Assembly: GCA_028534125.1 (NCBI GenBank)
Contig: CM052817.1
Coordinates: 66,962,001-67,026,000, forward strand
Direction: 5' to 3'
Source of the DNA: Lama glama
Lineage: Eukaryota
DNA: 64,000 nucleotides
Below are positions 24,421 through 38,620 of this stretch, piece by piece. Each line of letters starts with the position of its first letter. The first letter of the stretch is position 1. Made by a program: the position numbers and the translations under genes. Under the pieces are notes generated by a model. The model had not been told where the DNA came from. It did no database searches and saw only the letters and a program-made list of their open reading frames with translations.

Positions 24421-27400
24421 ACCTCTGTTATTTCATTGGAGCAAAACAAATATGAGCCACTTGATCAATGGTATATCGATCTGTTTCCTACTTCGAGCCC
24501 TGTACCGCACACAGTCAGGAAGGGCTGAGGTCTCATAAGCTGTTTCATAGGCTCCCTTTATTGGGACAGATAAATCAGAATATTTCTGCATTTCAGGCTG
24601 TATTTTTAATGGATTAAGAAAAGATAAAGATAGTATCTGTTGAGAAGAAGAGAACAGAGTAAACACCTCGGAGGCATGGGTAGAATGACACAGATGTTTT
24701 GAAGAGATATTTCTGAGTATGGGAAAGAAACTTAACGAAAACAGGTAAAATGATAACTAAGCAACACTCAGAGCTCAGTTCAGGCTATAATTTAAATAAT
24801 TTACATCTAGCATTTGTTATGGGCCAGACACAGCTGCAAACACCATGCACATAAAACTTCATTTAATCCTCACAACCTAAAAGATTTCTACTCTTCAAGT
24901 AATCTACCAAAATTTGCCCAACTAGTAAAAGAGGCTTCTGAAACCTGAACTCAGACATGTTTATGATTTAATTAGTGAGGTCAAGCAGTTTTTCTCTGGA
25001 AGAACTCAGCAACCTGGTAATCACAACAACCTGGTGATCTGTGATTCTTGACCAGGATGTGGCAGTAACAGTGTCACTGAAGTCCAAATGTTCAAGGCAA
25101 TAAAGATGCTGGTAAAGGTGCATGAAAGTGCAGCACATACAATATATAGAGTGATACAAACAGCACTGTAGAGTTACTCATCTAGCATCCTTCTGCACTG
25201 AATATGAGTCTATAATATCTACCCTCTGAAGGAAAAGGTGAAATATCGTCAATGCAAACAAATTTTATTAGCATTTTAGCTACTCTCTGGGTCTATTTCC
25301 TTAAATCAGAAATCATAATCCTCATAATTCATCCTTCTCTCCATTCTCCTTATTTTTCCATTAATACCCTGGTAAGTGTTTTAGTTCTTGGCAGCCAGAG
25401 GTGGCTGGCTTCTCAAGAGAAGAGGGAGAAGCTGAAGATCTGATTTCACGCAAGTTACAGTGAAGTACATGTAAGGAAAGGAGATAATGAATATAATCTT
25501 TTCAAAGTCCTGCTTGCCAAGATTACTTAACATCAAAATTTGAAAAATAAATCTCATGATTAAATATTCTAAAATACATTATTCTAATATAGCTAAAATT
25601 GTTATATTTTAAGTGACTATTATTAAATTATTCAATTTTAACACAAGATGTGTTTTACCCTGCTATTCATAGACTAATTTTAACTCTGAGGGGCTTATAT
25701 TAAAACAGAAATATTTGGACTATGTTTTTCAAATAAAACTGTTACCCTTGCAATAGTTCAATTTCTCCACTGCTGTAATCAAATCCCTAACTGTATAAAT
25801 ATATTTTTATCATAATAGCTTATCCTTATTGGTCTCTTCCTTGTTCTGAAATCAAAGCACAGATAAAATTTGGTGAAACAAGAAAGTTAGATGCAGTTGC
25901 ATAAGCACATTTTTATCTCTAGATCAGTACTGTTAAATCTATGGAATGCTGTCAGAAAGAGCTTCCCCAGAAAAAGAAGAAATAGGTATGGGGACAGGCA
26001 GGTGAGAAATGGGATGGTCACTCAGAGTTACTAAAGTTTTAAACTGAAAATCAGCTAAAATTACAATAAACACTGGCTTATTTTTGCTAATATCCACTAT
26101 GAACCACTCAAGACCCACTCAAGACCCATTCACGGTCTTTGAATGCTAAATAGTTTTTGCTTCATTTTGTACTCGAAATGCATGAACTACTCATTTCTTC
26201 TATATCCAGACTGGCAACTGTTAGAAGGATGAATTTTTATCACATAATTTTCTGTACTCTCCACTGGAAATATGTTTTCCCTTCTTCCCCTCCTCAGCAT
26301 CGTAATTATGATCGTCAACATCACTATGATCGTTATACAAGAATTTTATTAATAAAATGCCATTCAATTTATTGCACCCTTCTCTAATTTTACTGGGATG
26401 TAGCATTGTTTCTTTAAAATATCAATTTATTGAGATGGGAATAGCGATTCATCTTGACGTTGTGTCAACTTTTCTATTTAAAAAGGATATTTATTTATCT
26501 AATATAAACCAATCAGAACCACCGTCACCATAAAAATTTTGCCACACATGTTTTCTGTGCTTTGTAAGATGTGTGAAATTATTTTTAGGTTTGTTATTTT
26601 ACTTGATTACTACAAAGTCTTGTGAGATGATGATCTATATAATTTTAATTATTTCCTAACTCAGGAAACTGAATTTAGAAAGGAAAACTAAGATGCCCAA
26701 AGTCACACCAGCCGTCAGTGTAGAAACAAAATTTTCTAACTTTGGTTTAACACAATAGTCTCAAAAAATGAGTATTGGTGTTATTCTCTTCCTTATGCTC
26801 AGTTCTCAATGCTAACTTCCATTATTAATCAAGGCTTCTCAGCTTTTTAAAAATTTCTGGCCAATCCTTCCATTGTAAACTCACTGGGAATAGTACAAAA
26901 TTATAAGTATCAGTATTGTAAATGGAATTTCAAAAAGTTTCTTTTGTTTAGTCCTAAGTGTGAATTACTGTATTTGCCTTATGTCACACTCTCTGAAGAT
27001 GTGAAACTATATTGCAAAGCAAAAAAATCTATTGCATATAACAACTTCATCCAGATTCTACCTGGAGATATCTCAACCCCAGGTGATGTACTGCTGCCTG
27101 TCTCTTGTGTTACATTTATTGTTTCCTCAGAGCTAAGCCCAGTGTCAGGTAAATACCAGGTCTCAATAAATGCTTTGCGTGTTTGTTTTTAATAACTTGT
27201 GTTGGATTTCTTTTGTATCATGCTGATCAAAAATACTGTAGTGTTTATACAGTTGTTCATGGACTCCTGTCAAAAATTGGATTCTGATACTACAAAGCAA
27301 ATATTTGTTTTTAGCATTTACCTATAGGATTCTTCCTTTCAAAATGAAAATCTGAACTTTTTAGAGTAAGCTTAAAATCAACATTCAAATATATCGCCTT

Positions 27401-27799
27401 CATATAAATTGTATTTGCAAATAAGTATTACCAATTTTATGGATTTAAGTAATCTTTGCTTCTAGACAGGCTTCTCTTTCTCATTCCTATTCCTAACTGT
27501 ATGACAGTTCATTTCAACCTACCTCATCATCCCCAGAACCAGAGGCATGTTAGTTTCTCCTTAATTCAAAAAGATGTTATGAAAATTAATGTTAAAATAC
27601 GGATGTGAATAAGACAAGTATGATGTAGACAAAAGAACGCTGGCTTACATGTAAAATGCTCTGGGTTTTCAAATCCCTCTCTGTTATCAGTTACCCCAAG
27701 GCAATGACTACCTCTTCCAGACCTCAGTTTGTTTGATGCAGAGACTCTGTTCAATGACTTAGAACCATTTTCCTTTCTCCTCTTTATAGGCAGTCAGAC

Positions 27800-28355
27800 A
27801 CTTCAGTGTGCCACTGAGAGCATCTTAATATCACTCATCTCCAGGCCCCTTGGTTATTTGTTTCACTCCAGTTGTCTCTAAGGGGACCATCTATGTTTGG
27901 GCTCTACCCATCTGCTATGGAGGTGACCACTCACTGGACACACCTTAATGGGTCCTCCTCCTTTATGTGAGGCAGGCCGGTGGCCTTCACCCCCAGGGCA
28001 AGCCTGTTACTACAGTGGTCTGAGATTATACAGGACCAGTTCAGTGCTTATGCAAGGGCTACCCAGAAGAAAGATGGAAGAATGCCTATGGGTGAATTTT
28101 TGACCCAGGGGAAGTGAGAGCCAGGGGCAGATCTTCCTCCCATCCTCTCTACCTCACCTCCCACATACTTCCACAGATAGCGCTGTCAGTTGTGCTTGAT
28201 ACCAGACTGGCCAGCTCTGTGATGAATCTTTATATTTGCTGTTTCTCCTTCCCTGCCTCTTTCCTGTTTTTCTGTTTCCCTAGGAATTAGCTATAAATAA
28301 ATAAATACATACACTTTGTCTCAAGCTCTGCTTTTTGGAGAACCCAGACCAAGAT
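27800..28355 (+). mobile_element. ERVL LTR, LTR16-like
   Basis: Ends 'aataaa...tgtctcaagctctgctttttggagaacccagaccaaga', typical of LTR16-group U5; 5' boundary uncertain. Confidence 0.6.
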
Positions 28356-28399
28356 GAGCACCTCTTATAAAGAGGCTGATTTTTCTCCCCAAATACTTT

Positions 28400-29615
28400 T
28401 TCAATTAAAAGAGGCTACGTGACCCACTTTTGGAAATAAGGTATAAAAAGAACTACCTTAAAAGGCTCCTGGAAAAGATTTGCCTCCCAATTAGAGAGAC
28501 AGAAGGAGGGAGAGAGGATAGGAATAGCTCTCTTTTTCTTCGCTATCAGTTCTCCCTGAATTTTGCACAGCTCTGTGAGCACAAGTAACTTGGAGATGCT
28601 ACCACTTTCTGAAAGCCAACATTACTGATGTTTTAAGGATGGTGAGCAAAACGCTGGAAGAAGCCTGAACCTTTGATGATGTCATTCAGCTACTGAACCA
28701 GCCCTGGAACCTTGTTCTAAGCTTGTTATTTGAGAAAAAGAAGTAACAGTATCAGCTGCCATTTTTTTTCCTGTTTTTTAAATTGAAGTATAGTTGATTA
28801 TAATATTACATTAGCTTCAGGTGCACAGCATAGTGACTCAGTATTTTTACAGATTATGCTTTATTATGAATTATTACAAGATAATGGCTATAATTCCCTG
28901 TACTGTAGAGCATATCTGGGTTGTTTATCTATTTTACACACATATTAGTTTGTATCTGTTATTCCCATACCCCTAATTTGTCCCTCCTCCCTTTCCTCTT
29001 CCCTTCCATAACCACAAGTTTGTTTTCTATATCTATGAGTCCGTTTCTGTTTTGCATACACACTCATTTATATTATTTTTAGATTCCACGTATAAGTGAC
29101 ATCATATAGTATTTGTCTTTCTCTGCCTGACTTATTTTACTAAGCCTAATATCCTCTAGATCCACTCACATTGCTGCAGATAGCAGAATTTCAATCTTTT
29201 TTATACCATTTTCTTACATTATCTCACTTCTTGGTAAAAATGCTAGGTGGAAAGAGTGGGCCCGTGACACAAACTGTCTTAAGTCCTTCCCTGAGAATTA
29301 AAAAAAAAAAATTAGAACTAAAAATGCCCTCTATTCTCTCTTGATAAGGCTGAAAATATGAGTGGGAGTTACTAGTAGACATGCTGTCAGCAGTGGTAAA
29401 TACATTTATATACAGAGGAAAAGAAGAGAGAGAGAGACAGAGAGAGACAGAGACAGAGAGATAACTTAGTGGTAATTAATCCCAAGTTCCAGAGGACCCG
29501 GGGACTAGCTCCAACTGTCTTTCTTGTTTCATTTCTGTTAGAATAAATGGTTTGCCTTCATTTCCTGAGCTATTTATCATTGGGATTTCTGCCCCTTGCA
29601 ACCAACGACTCTGTT
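28400..29615 (+). mobile_element. Old MLT1 (MaLR) LTR pieces interrupted by an L1 3' end
   Basis: 'ggaagaagcctgaacctttgatgatgtcattcagctactgaaccagccctggaac' and 'tgggatttctgccccttgcaaccaac'. Confidence 0.55.
28765..29205 (-). mobile_element. Artiodactyl-type L1 3' end
   Basis: 'aattgaagtatagttgat...tagattccacgtataagtgacatcatatagtatttgtctttct'; CCATTTT on both flanks. Confidence 0.88.
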
Positions 29616-31457
29616 ACTACATTCCTACTCTCATGTCAGCAAATAAAATTTATCTATTTGTACTGTCATTTTTATTTAAATATATTTTAATTATTATCTT
29701 GGAGCCAATATTTATTCAGACAGTTATTTTTAAAAGTCACATTGCAAAATATAATTGATGGATCAATGCCTTTGTGATGACTTTTTTGTAGGTTAAAAGT
29801 GATCAAACCATGATAGTTTACTTTTATAACTGTATACAAATCACAAAGATGAAGCACTTTTTTGACTGTAAGTAATGAAAATCTCAGCCTCATATGTTAG
29901 TTGTATGAAATGAGTATTGTTAGATTTATGAGAAATATGCCGAATATTTAGGATATAAAGATTAAATAGGTATAGTGGTAAACTCAAGTTTCGAACACAT
30001 TTCTAGTAAGGGAGATGGTTGGTAAAGAATGTCTAACAACTAATAATTAAAACATGAATTATTGCAAAAGATCTGCTTTTTGTAGAAATTTGAACAAACA
30101 CAGAGTTATATGTTATTATTCTCATTCCCCAGTGTATTTCTTAAGGGGGAGAAAAAGAGTTGGACTAGCGCTAGCACAATCGGAAAATGTTCATAAACAA
30201 CATAACCAAGTCCAGAATCTGGGATGACATCTGAATCTAGAAGAATGGTATTAAGGATTGGAGATGCAGGCTCATTTGTTTCCACTATCTGTTTCAATGT
30301 CATTAGTCTTCATCTCATCACTCTTGCTCCACAAAAATCTCTGCAAGTGATTGTTACAACTGAAAGAAGAGCTATTACTTCACCTTCAGGCTTATATAGC
30401 CAACTGTCCAAATGTTTTCATTCAGATGCTTGAAATACGCCCAAGCCCAACCTTATTCCAAATCTGTGCACATTATATTCCAGAGAAAATCCCTGTCTCC
30501 TGTGTTCCCAGTTTGAGTCGATGATGCTCCTATCCATAGTCATCCAAGCCAGAAACATGAGTGGTCTCCCTTGCTGGCTTCTCCATCCAACAAGATACTG
30601 TTCATTGATCAATACTTTCAGTATGGCCTATCCTAATGTGGCAGTTACACAGCTCTGATTGCTAAAGAAAACTTGCAGAACCCAAAGGGGCAATGCTGAC
30701 AAAGCTCCAGTTCACTGTAGGAAAGAGGTACACGTTAGTCACAGCATTAAAATAAGTAAATGCATCACAGCCAAAGGCTGCCTCGTAGTAGAGCACCTGA
30801 GGAGGCCAAAAGTGAGCTCCAGCGGTCCGTCCTCTGTCAGGGCCATCCCGTGACACTTTCTTCTTGAACTGGAAAGCACCAGTGTGTGAATGGAGCTCCT
30901 CAAAATAAAGGGACTCAAAATTTAGTCCTCGTCAGTGTTCCTTACACCCTGCTGGTCACGTAGGCATATTCTCAATACAAAATGCAGGGATCTTACCAAG
31001 ACCAGGAGCAAATCACAAATCTCACTGTTTAGAATCCGGTGCAAACTACTCTGAAACCTCAAAGACCTATGGCTACCAAGTGACACTATTAATCAGTTTG
31101 TCAACTGCTGACTAGGGAGTCAGTGCCATGCAGGTACATTTATAATTTTTACTGAACTGAGAATAGGTTCAGGCCTGCTGGAATTAACCCTCAAATTTCA
31201 AGACCCCATCTCCTATCAAATAAAGTTCAAATTTCTTAATATGTTATTAAGATCCACTGTGACTGGTCTCTGTCAGTCTCACAACATTCATTCTTATAAT
31301 CTGTGCTGTCAACAGTGGATTGCCTGCTGTCCTTTGTGTGTGCAGTGCTTCAGTGTAAGCCCTGACAGCTGGTTTTTCTTTTTTGTAACACAAGTGCCTG
31401 ACTTAAGCTTTGATTGCCTGGGCATGCACTTCAAAGAAGGCTATCTTAAATAAACAC

Positions 31458-31822
31458 ATTGCCAGCCACACAAGTAGGTAAAGCACCAGGCTGCTCACCA
31501 ACCACCTCCCTCCTTTGTTTTAGAGATCTTAGTTGATTTTGATAATTGACCATTTGGAGGCTGCTATTTTTTTCCTTCTCACTCTTTAAATTCATGCTTT
31601 TATGTTTTAAATTCACCAATACAAAGTGAGCCCAAGAAACCCCAGGCCCATTTTCTCTCTTCCCATCTCCCTCGGTGACCTTGCTGTGTGACCCTAGGTG
31701 TGCCATGCCATTTCCAGGACTCATAAGTAATAACTCTTTATTTTTCCGAAGCTTCCTGATGACTATTGCTGAAGGTGTCTTGAAAACATGATAAGAACCA
31801 TAAGGGCCAGTATAGCTATAAC
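31458..31822 (+). mobile_element. ERVL LTR fragment, MER54/MER73/MER74-like
   Basis: 3' end 'gtgtcttgaaaacatgataagaaccataagggccagtatagctataaca'. Confidence 0.6.
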
Positions 31823-32249
31823 ACTGGAAGTTAATAGGCTGAAAGCGGCACTCAACAAATGCTGTTCCATAAATCTATGCTCAGAGTCTCTCCTAGAGTC
31901 CACCAAGATAAGGAGCAGTGCATCTTGTGCCCTTTGTCCCCAGGAAAAAAAATCTTATTGTTTTTTGTATTTCCAGGGCAATACATGCTACATTTGGATT
32001 TGCTTCTTAGAACATTTAATATGTAGCTCAGATCTTCCAGCTAAGAATTTGGTTCATCTTCTGCTATAGGCTGTGATTTAAGCAGCCTGTTATTTGGCTT
32101 TTATATAGCAGCAGTATCTGTGATAGGTAACATATTGCAAAGAGCCTATGGCAAGCCCTGCTTGGAAATAGAAGACACATTATAGAGTTTGAGGTTTTTG
32201 GGAAAACAGTCTTGTGCAACTTTAAACATAGTACTTTTTCTTGGAGAAA

Positions 32250-32860
32250 TTACTCCTAGCTAGATGATAACCTTCAAAAGAGACTGAATCTTATCTTAAA
32301 ACACCAAGTAGTAACTATGCAACTCAAAACCACCCAGTATCAACTGGATATGACTTCATCCTCCTAGATGGAAAGTCAAGCAAACCTGACAGTGTGATCA
32401 TGTATTAGAGCGAGCCTGTGTGGACCCTTCATATTACATGAGATGCTTGCTCACAGTCCCAGCATGCCTAATCCTATTCACGCCATCGCTTCTTCAGCCA
32501 ACATGTGTGACCTCATGGGATGATCTCTAAAACAACTTAGTGTAAAGAAAATTACAACCTGATTTTTAGATGGTTCTGCATGATATGATGTTGATAGTCT
32601 GAAATACTGTAGAGAACTTCTCCCAAAAGGAAAACCATTATCTTGTCCACTTTGCATGAGGTAGATGGACATGGATAAGGATCTTCCAGGTTCATGGTTG
32701 CAGACCTTAAAGTCAAAACGTGCAAAGTTGAAAGAAGGGAATATTTGCGACAACATCTAGTAAAGAGATGTGTGGGAAAAACATTTGGAATAAGTCTAGA
32801 GCATAAAAATAATTGTGTTCACTGTGAATGCTTATCAACAGGATAACAGAAAAGAATGGA
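32250..32860 (+). mobile_element. ERVL-type pol (RNase H region) relic
   Basis: 'tttttagatggttctgca' reads F-x-D-G-S-A; 'cactgtgaatgcttatcaa' resembles HVNAHQ; heavily degraded. Confidence 0.65.
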
Positions 32861-35519
32861 AAGAATAAATAACTCTCTTGTTAAATAAATCAACCTTTTG
32901 TGTTGGATATTGCCCATTGTTATTTGGAATCTCTTCTCAATCCTTTCAGGATTTTCTCTTATCACAAGAATTAGAAAGACAAAATTACACTTTTCATAAT
33001 ACATAGAACTTAAGGTTGTGAATGAAAGTTTGGTCCTTCCAGGGAGATGCAGATCTGTGATATTCCGAAGAAGGAAGTGAAGTAGAAGCCGTCTTCCGAT
33101 AGTGACGTGGTTGACAAGAGAATCTTCACAGACAGGTAACTTTGTGGTGGTGAAGCTCCATGTCCCAATGTTTAGTCAATAACTTCATGGATGTGGCATT
33201 TGTATTGGAGCAGCAGAGGTAGAAATTGTAGCACTTCCAGACTGCAGGCATAGTGGTTATAGCCCTGAATCCAGCAGTCCAGTTCGTGCGCCTGACTTCG
33301 ATGCCTCGGGTTCTTTCAATGACTTTATAAGCATCTATTTTCCTGTTTTAGGTCCTTTTCTCCCTGTGATACCTAATGTTGTTTCTTTTTCCTGCACAGA
33401 TTACTCACACGTGCACATTCTTTCCCACCTTCTCACGTGTTCAATATTGTTCTTGTGAAGCAGGTAGCCAAAATTTCAGGGATAGAATTAAATGCGTGCT
33501 CCACATTGAGTCTCCTTCCTTTCACCAAGGTTTCTGCAGCTCCCGCCACTATTCAGAGCCCAGTGCTCGGTGGCAATAATTCACTCTTGGACCGCAAACA
33601 GTTCCCTTGTGCAGAGCAGGCAGCCGCCTGGCAGCATTATATTCCTTTCTATGTGGCTGGCCAGAAGTCGTCTTTACATGGAGATAAAAGTAATTCTCAG
33701 TTTGATTTCCTTTCCTGTGCCTCATGTTCTTCCTGTATCATCATGCCATTTCCCCCCTCACTTTTATCAGACACTTGAAAATTTTCAGAAATTGCATCAG
33801 TCATATGATATATGCATCTTTTTTTGTTACTTCTACTGCTATTTACTTGTTCACCTGTTACTCACTGCATTTTTCATAGTTTCTCAATGGATGAGCTCTT
33901 CTGGGTTTGTGTGCATGTGTGTTCATGCATCGTGAGTGTGTGTGAGCGGGACACAGAGAGAGTCAGAAGTATGATGGGGATCACTCAAACAGAATGAAAA
34001 ACACACGGACTATGATTTCTTCTTTCAAATAACTTATGGTCTAATAGAATCTAGAAAGCACACACACACACACAGGCACACCAAAAAGAGATCATCCTCT
34101 GAAAGAATATTAATCATATTGTGAATAATTGGAAAAGTAAAGAATGAAATAAATACAGGAGTGAAAAATTTAATCTCATTGGATAATCCAGTTCTTTTCG
34201 AATTTTTTTTCCCATTAGAAGAAAGTTAGGGGGAAATTGGCATGGATGCATATATACAGAGACATTAACCTCTGAACAACTCTAAACTCTTTCCTAATAT
34301 TCAAATTTCATCACACTTTTAGTGTAAAAGAGAACCACAAATAAAAGACAATTTCAGTCAAAACCTTTGCCATCCCAATTCATTGTGACTATACTTACCT
34401 CAATAACAACATAAATGAACCAAAAAATAGAACTCATCTACTTTGGTATTATTTTCTTTTGAAGTAATTGTTTTAATAGAGTATAATTATGGTAATCAAA
34501 ATCCAGAATGAAATTATAGTGATTTAAAATTTCTGCAGAGATAGGCATTTATATAGTCATGCCAATCTGGGATGCATAGCATTGTTTCTAATTGCAAGAG
34601 CCACAATTAGTGCTATTTTGCAAAAAAATGGCTGATGGTGCCTTAGCACACCCTGCTATTTTGTCATTCTATTCTTCAACTTTGCTCTATAATTTTTATT
34701 ACCTTAAGTCTCTATGATGATAAAAATTAATCTTTTAAAAAATCTATAAAATATTTGGTAAGGAATTAAATAAACGTAATTATTTTAGAGGAAGACAAAC
34801 ACTTTTGTGAAAACTTTTTCAAGTATTGTACAGTATCTCCTTCCAGGAAGAATAGCAGACAGATTGTCTTCCAGGTATAATAATGATAATACTGCTCTCC
34901 TGCACTTCACTGAGCCAGAGAGTGGCATGAATATTGTCAGCAATATCATGTCAAAAAGAGTTTTGTATTATTTTAATGGAAAAAATACATATTCAGAGGC
35001 TAGCTTTGGACAAATTTCTTTTAAAAGATAAGGAGGAAAAAGAAACTACATCCCATTAAGTGCTCTATATGCCACATTAAAAGCACAGATTTCCCTTCCT
35101 TTCTGTACTAAAACTGTGCGTAGAGCTGGACTCCAAAAACATGATCCCTCTCCTTTTGCAGAGAAGATGTATTAGTATAACTTGAACCATTACTGAGTGG
35201 ACTGAACTTTTGTTTAGGGCATTTATTTTAAATCTGGGGATGGGTATATCTAACAATTTATTTCTTAGTTTTCAGTAAATTTAGTAAATTATTTTGTTAC
35301 TACTGCTGTTGCAAGTTGATCTGAAAATCTTTTAGAATAAGAAAATATAAGTGATTCAATAAATAAAAAATAAATGAATATCTATAACATTCCCCAAATT
35401 GTGGGGAGTACTATTGGGCCCTGTGAAGCGATGCATTTCAGTTTTTTAATTGAATATATTTAATGTAATATACTTAATGAATATATTTAATGTAATAACA
35501 TTGTATAAGTTTAAGGTAT

Positions 35520-36890
35520 ACAACATGTTAGTATTAATGAAACAACAGTTTGTAAGTCCACTTTTTGTTTTCTACATGATTTAAGAAACTAATATGTTTA
35601 AAAACAATTATTAGTCTAAAAGTTAGTATTATTATAACTTTGGTTTGTAACTCTACATTAATTATTCTACATAATATAAGAGACTAATTAATGCACTTAA
35701 AATAATTATGTTTTGGAGCATACAATGTATAAAGTTGTAATTTTGTGACATCATCAACCAAAAGGAGTGGGGATGAAAATCCAGAGGATTAGAGATTTTG
35801 TTTATTATTGAAGTTACATTGGTATAAATTCAAATTAGAATTTTATAACGTTACAATGTTAAATATAACCCTCATGATAATCACAAAGAAAATAGTTATA
35901 GCATATACAAAAAAGGAAATGAGAAAGGAATTTAAATATTGCATAAATATTTAAATTATTCATATAGATTGAAAGTGAAAGGATGCAAAATGATATTCTA
36001 TTCAAATATTAACAAAAGGAGAGAAAGGGTGGCTATACTAATATGAGCCAAAATAAACTTCAAAAGGAGAAAAAGGAACAAAAAAGGATATTGTATCTTA
36101 ATAAAAGTTTCAAAATGGCAAGAGGATGTAACATTTATAAACATTTTTGCACCTGATGACAGATCATTAAGATATATGAAACAAAAATTGACAGAATTAA
36201 AGGGAGAAATAGTTCTAAAACAATAATTTCAGACTTCAATATTTCGTACTCACAACCAGTGTGGAAAGCAATATGGCAGTTTCTTACAAAATTAAATACA
36301 GAATTACCATATAGCCAGCAATTCTATTGCCAGATGTGTACCCAAAAGAATTGAAAACAGAATCTTGAAAAGATATTTGTACACTCGTATTTATAGCAAC
36401 ATTATTCACAATAGCTAAAATGTGGAACCATTCAAAGTGTCCATCTACTGATGAATAGATAAGCAAAATGTTATATATATATATAAATGCTATTCAGCCT
36501 TAAAAAGGAAGGAAATTCAGACATATGTTATCACAAGGAAGAAGCTTGAGGATATTATGCCAAGTGAAATAAACCAGTCACAAAAAGACAAATACTATAA
36601 GATTCCACTTATATGAGATACTTTGAGTAGTCCTAACCCTAAAGACAAAAAGTAGAATGGTGGCTGCCAAAGGCTGTGGGAGGAAATGGGGAGTTATTGT
36701 TTAATGAGTGTGGAGTTTCAGTTTTACAAGATAAAAAGAGATATGAGATATGGAGATGGATGGTGGTGGTAATTGTACAATGTTATGAATGTATTTAATA
36801 CTGCTGATCTATACACCTAAAAATGATAAAACTTATAAATTTTAGTTATATGCATTTACCACAAAAATTGAAAAACTTTAACTAAATAAT
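35520..36890 (+). mobile_element. L1MB-type relic (inter-ORF/endonuclease piece joined to a 3' end)
   Basis: EN-like 'ggtggctatactaatat..atatatgaaacaaaaattgacagaatt'; ORF2 end 'gaattaccatatagccagcaattcta'; L1MB 3'UTR 'gagatggatggtggtggt'. Confidence 0.85.
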
Positions 36891-36924
36891 AATAATAATT
36901 AAAAGAAGTGATATCTCATAAAAT

Positions 36925-37015
36925 TTTTTGGGGGGTGGGTAGGTAATCAGGTTTATTGAACCCAGGACCTTGTGCATGCTAAGCACACACTCTACCACTG
37001 AGCTATACCCTCCCC
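36925..37015 (-). mobile_element. Vic-1-type SINE with internal deletion
   Basis: Antisense head GAACCCAGGACC...CTACCACTGAGCTATACCCTCCCC joined directly to the distal tail; TSD-like CATAA(A/C)ATTTTTT. Confidence 0.88.
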
Positions 37016-38620
37016 TCTCCATAACATTTTTTTGTATTCAATTCACTTGAATTAAGTCACTAGATCCTCCCTTTATTTAAGAGGGGGGGAATACCAAGAG
37101 ATGAGGATTACTAGGGGCAACTTTGGATTCAGCCTAGTACACTCTGTCTTTGGGTTACGTAGCAGATGACCACACAGTCTTTGTGGAACATGCGTTTTAG
37201 TTCCTCTCTCAACAATGTGATAGTAAAATAAATAGACCATGAGTTGAAAGAATGGCAACAAATACAATGAGATTGTACAGAATTGGCTATTGGATCAACC
37301 AAGTTGAGTTCTTGTTCTTCCCTGTGTTCCTTTTCAGTTGATTAACTGTATCTGTCTAATACCAAAATATACCCTTTTATATTGAAATCTTTAGCAGTAA
37401 GTACATAAATAAATTTAAGTCAGATGAAAGGTTGAAAACTGAAATTTACTTTCAAATCCTGTTTCACATTGAAAGTACTTAAAGATCTCCATTATGTTTG
37501 GGTTTTTTTAAATGGTAAATTCAGTTAACTGTGTAAGACTGTTTTTATGTATAGAATTAGCTGACACATGTTAAATTATTTTAAGGAAAACTTTTTGTAG
37601 ATATATACATATATCTGAAAGTTACCTTTTCTCTCATTCTCTATTTCAAATTACATAATTTTGGGTCATCTTAACAATTCATTAAGAAGGATTCTTTTAA
37701 TTTACATATAGTCATTCATATAGTGTAAGCCAAGTCAGTCTTCTAAAGTTTAGTACATTTAAAAAGTGTAATATATTAAAACTGTGCTGGGAAATATTAC
37801 TGTAAATATCCCTTTTATATTTCCTAGTATTATATAGTTCACCACATGTATCTTACCCATTAAATCTTAGTAGTTCATAATTAAGACACTGGAAACAACA
37901 GCGCTTATGAAAAAATGTATATTTTAGTGACCTGTGAAGAAGTACATGTTTTGGTTACCTTTCTAAAATATTGAAGGATATATATTCACTCAAAAAATAT
38001 TGCTTCTAGGAGTCCATAAATATGATATAAATCAATTTAGAGAGTCAGGAAACACTAATGTTAACTCAATCCAAAGAGTTAAGAAATACTAAACAGTATT
38101 TTACTAATCATGTTTCTGTAAAGCAGTAGACAAGTGAAATTACTGCAACTATTGCTTTCATAAGATTTTCTTATGATTGCTATACATTTTAAAAGAAAAA
38201 GCCTTCCCAAAAGAAATATTGATCAATTCATAATTCTTGTTGCTAATTATTAAAATGTATGAAAATAGCACTTTCTCTTTGAATTAATATATTGAAGAAA
38301 TAGCAGGTTTTGACTTTATCGTCTTCAGGGATTTCAGGAGAATATTTTAAAAATCAGAAACAACCGTAACATACCCTCACAGTCATTTATCTCATCTAGA
38401 ACTCCAGAAAGTCCATTGTAATGGAATGTACACTGAACCAAATCATACTGTGCCTGACCTTGACGCCTATATTCTCTGAATCCAGAATTATTCACCTGTG
38501 AGGATAAGTTAGATAAAATATTGCATTTAAACTTGGAGGAGAAAGTGATTCATAAAAGATCACTTGAGTAGTACATATGGGAAAAGTGACAAAATGGTGT
38601 TATTTAAGCACTCATAGATG

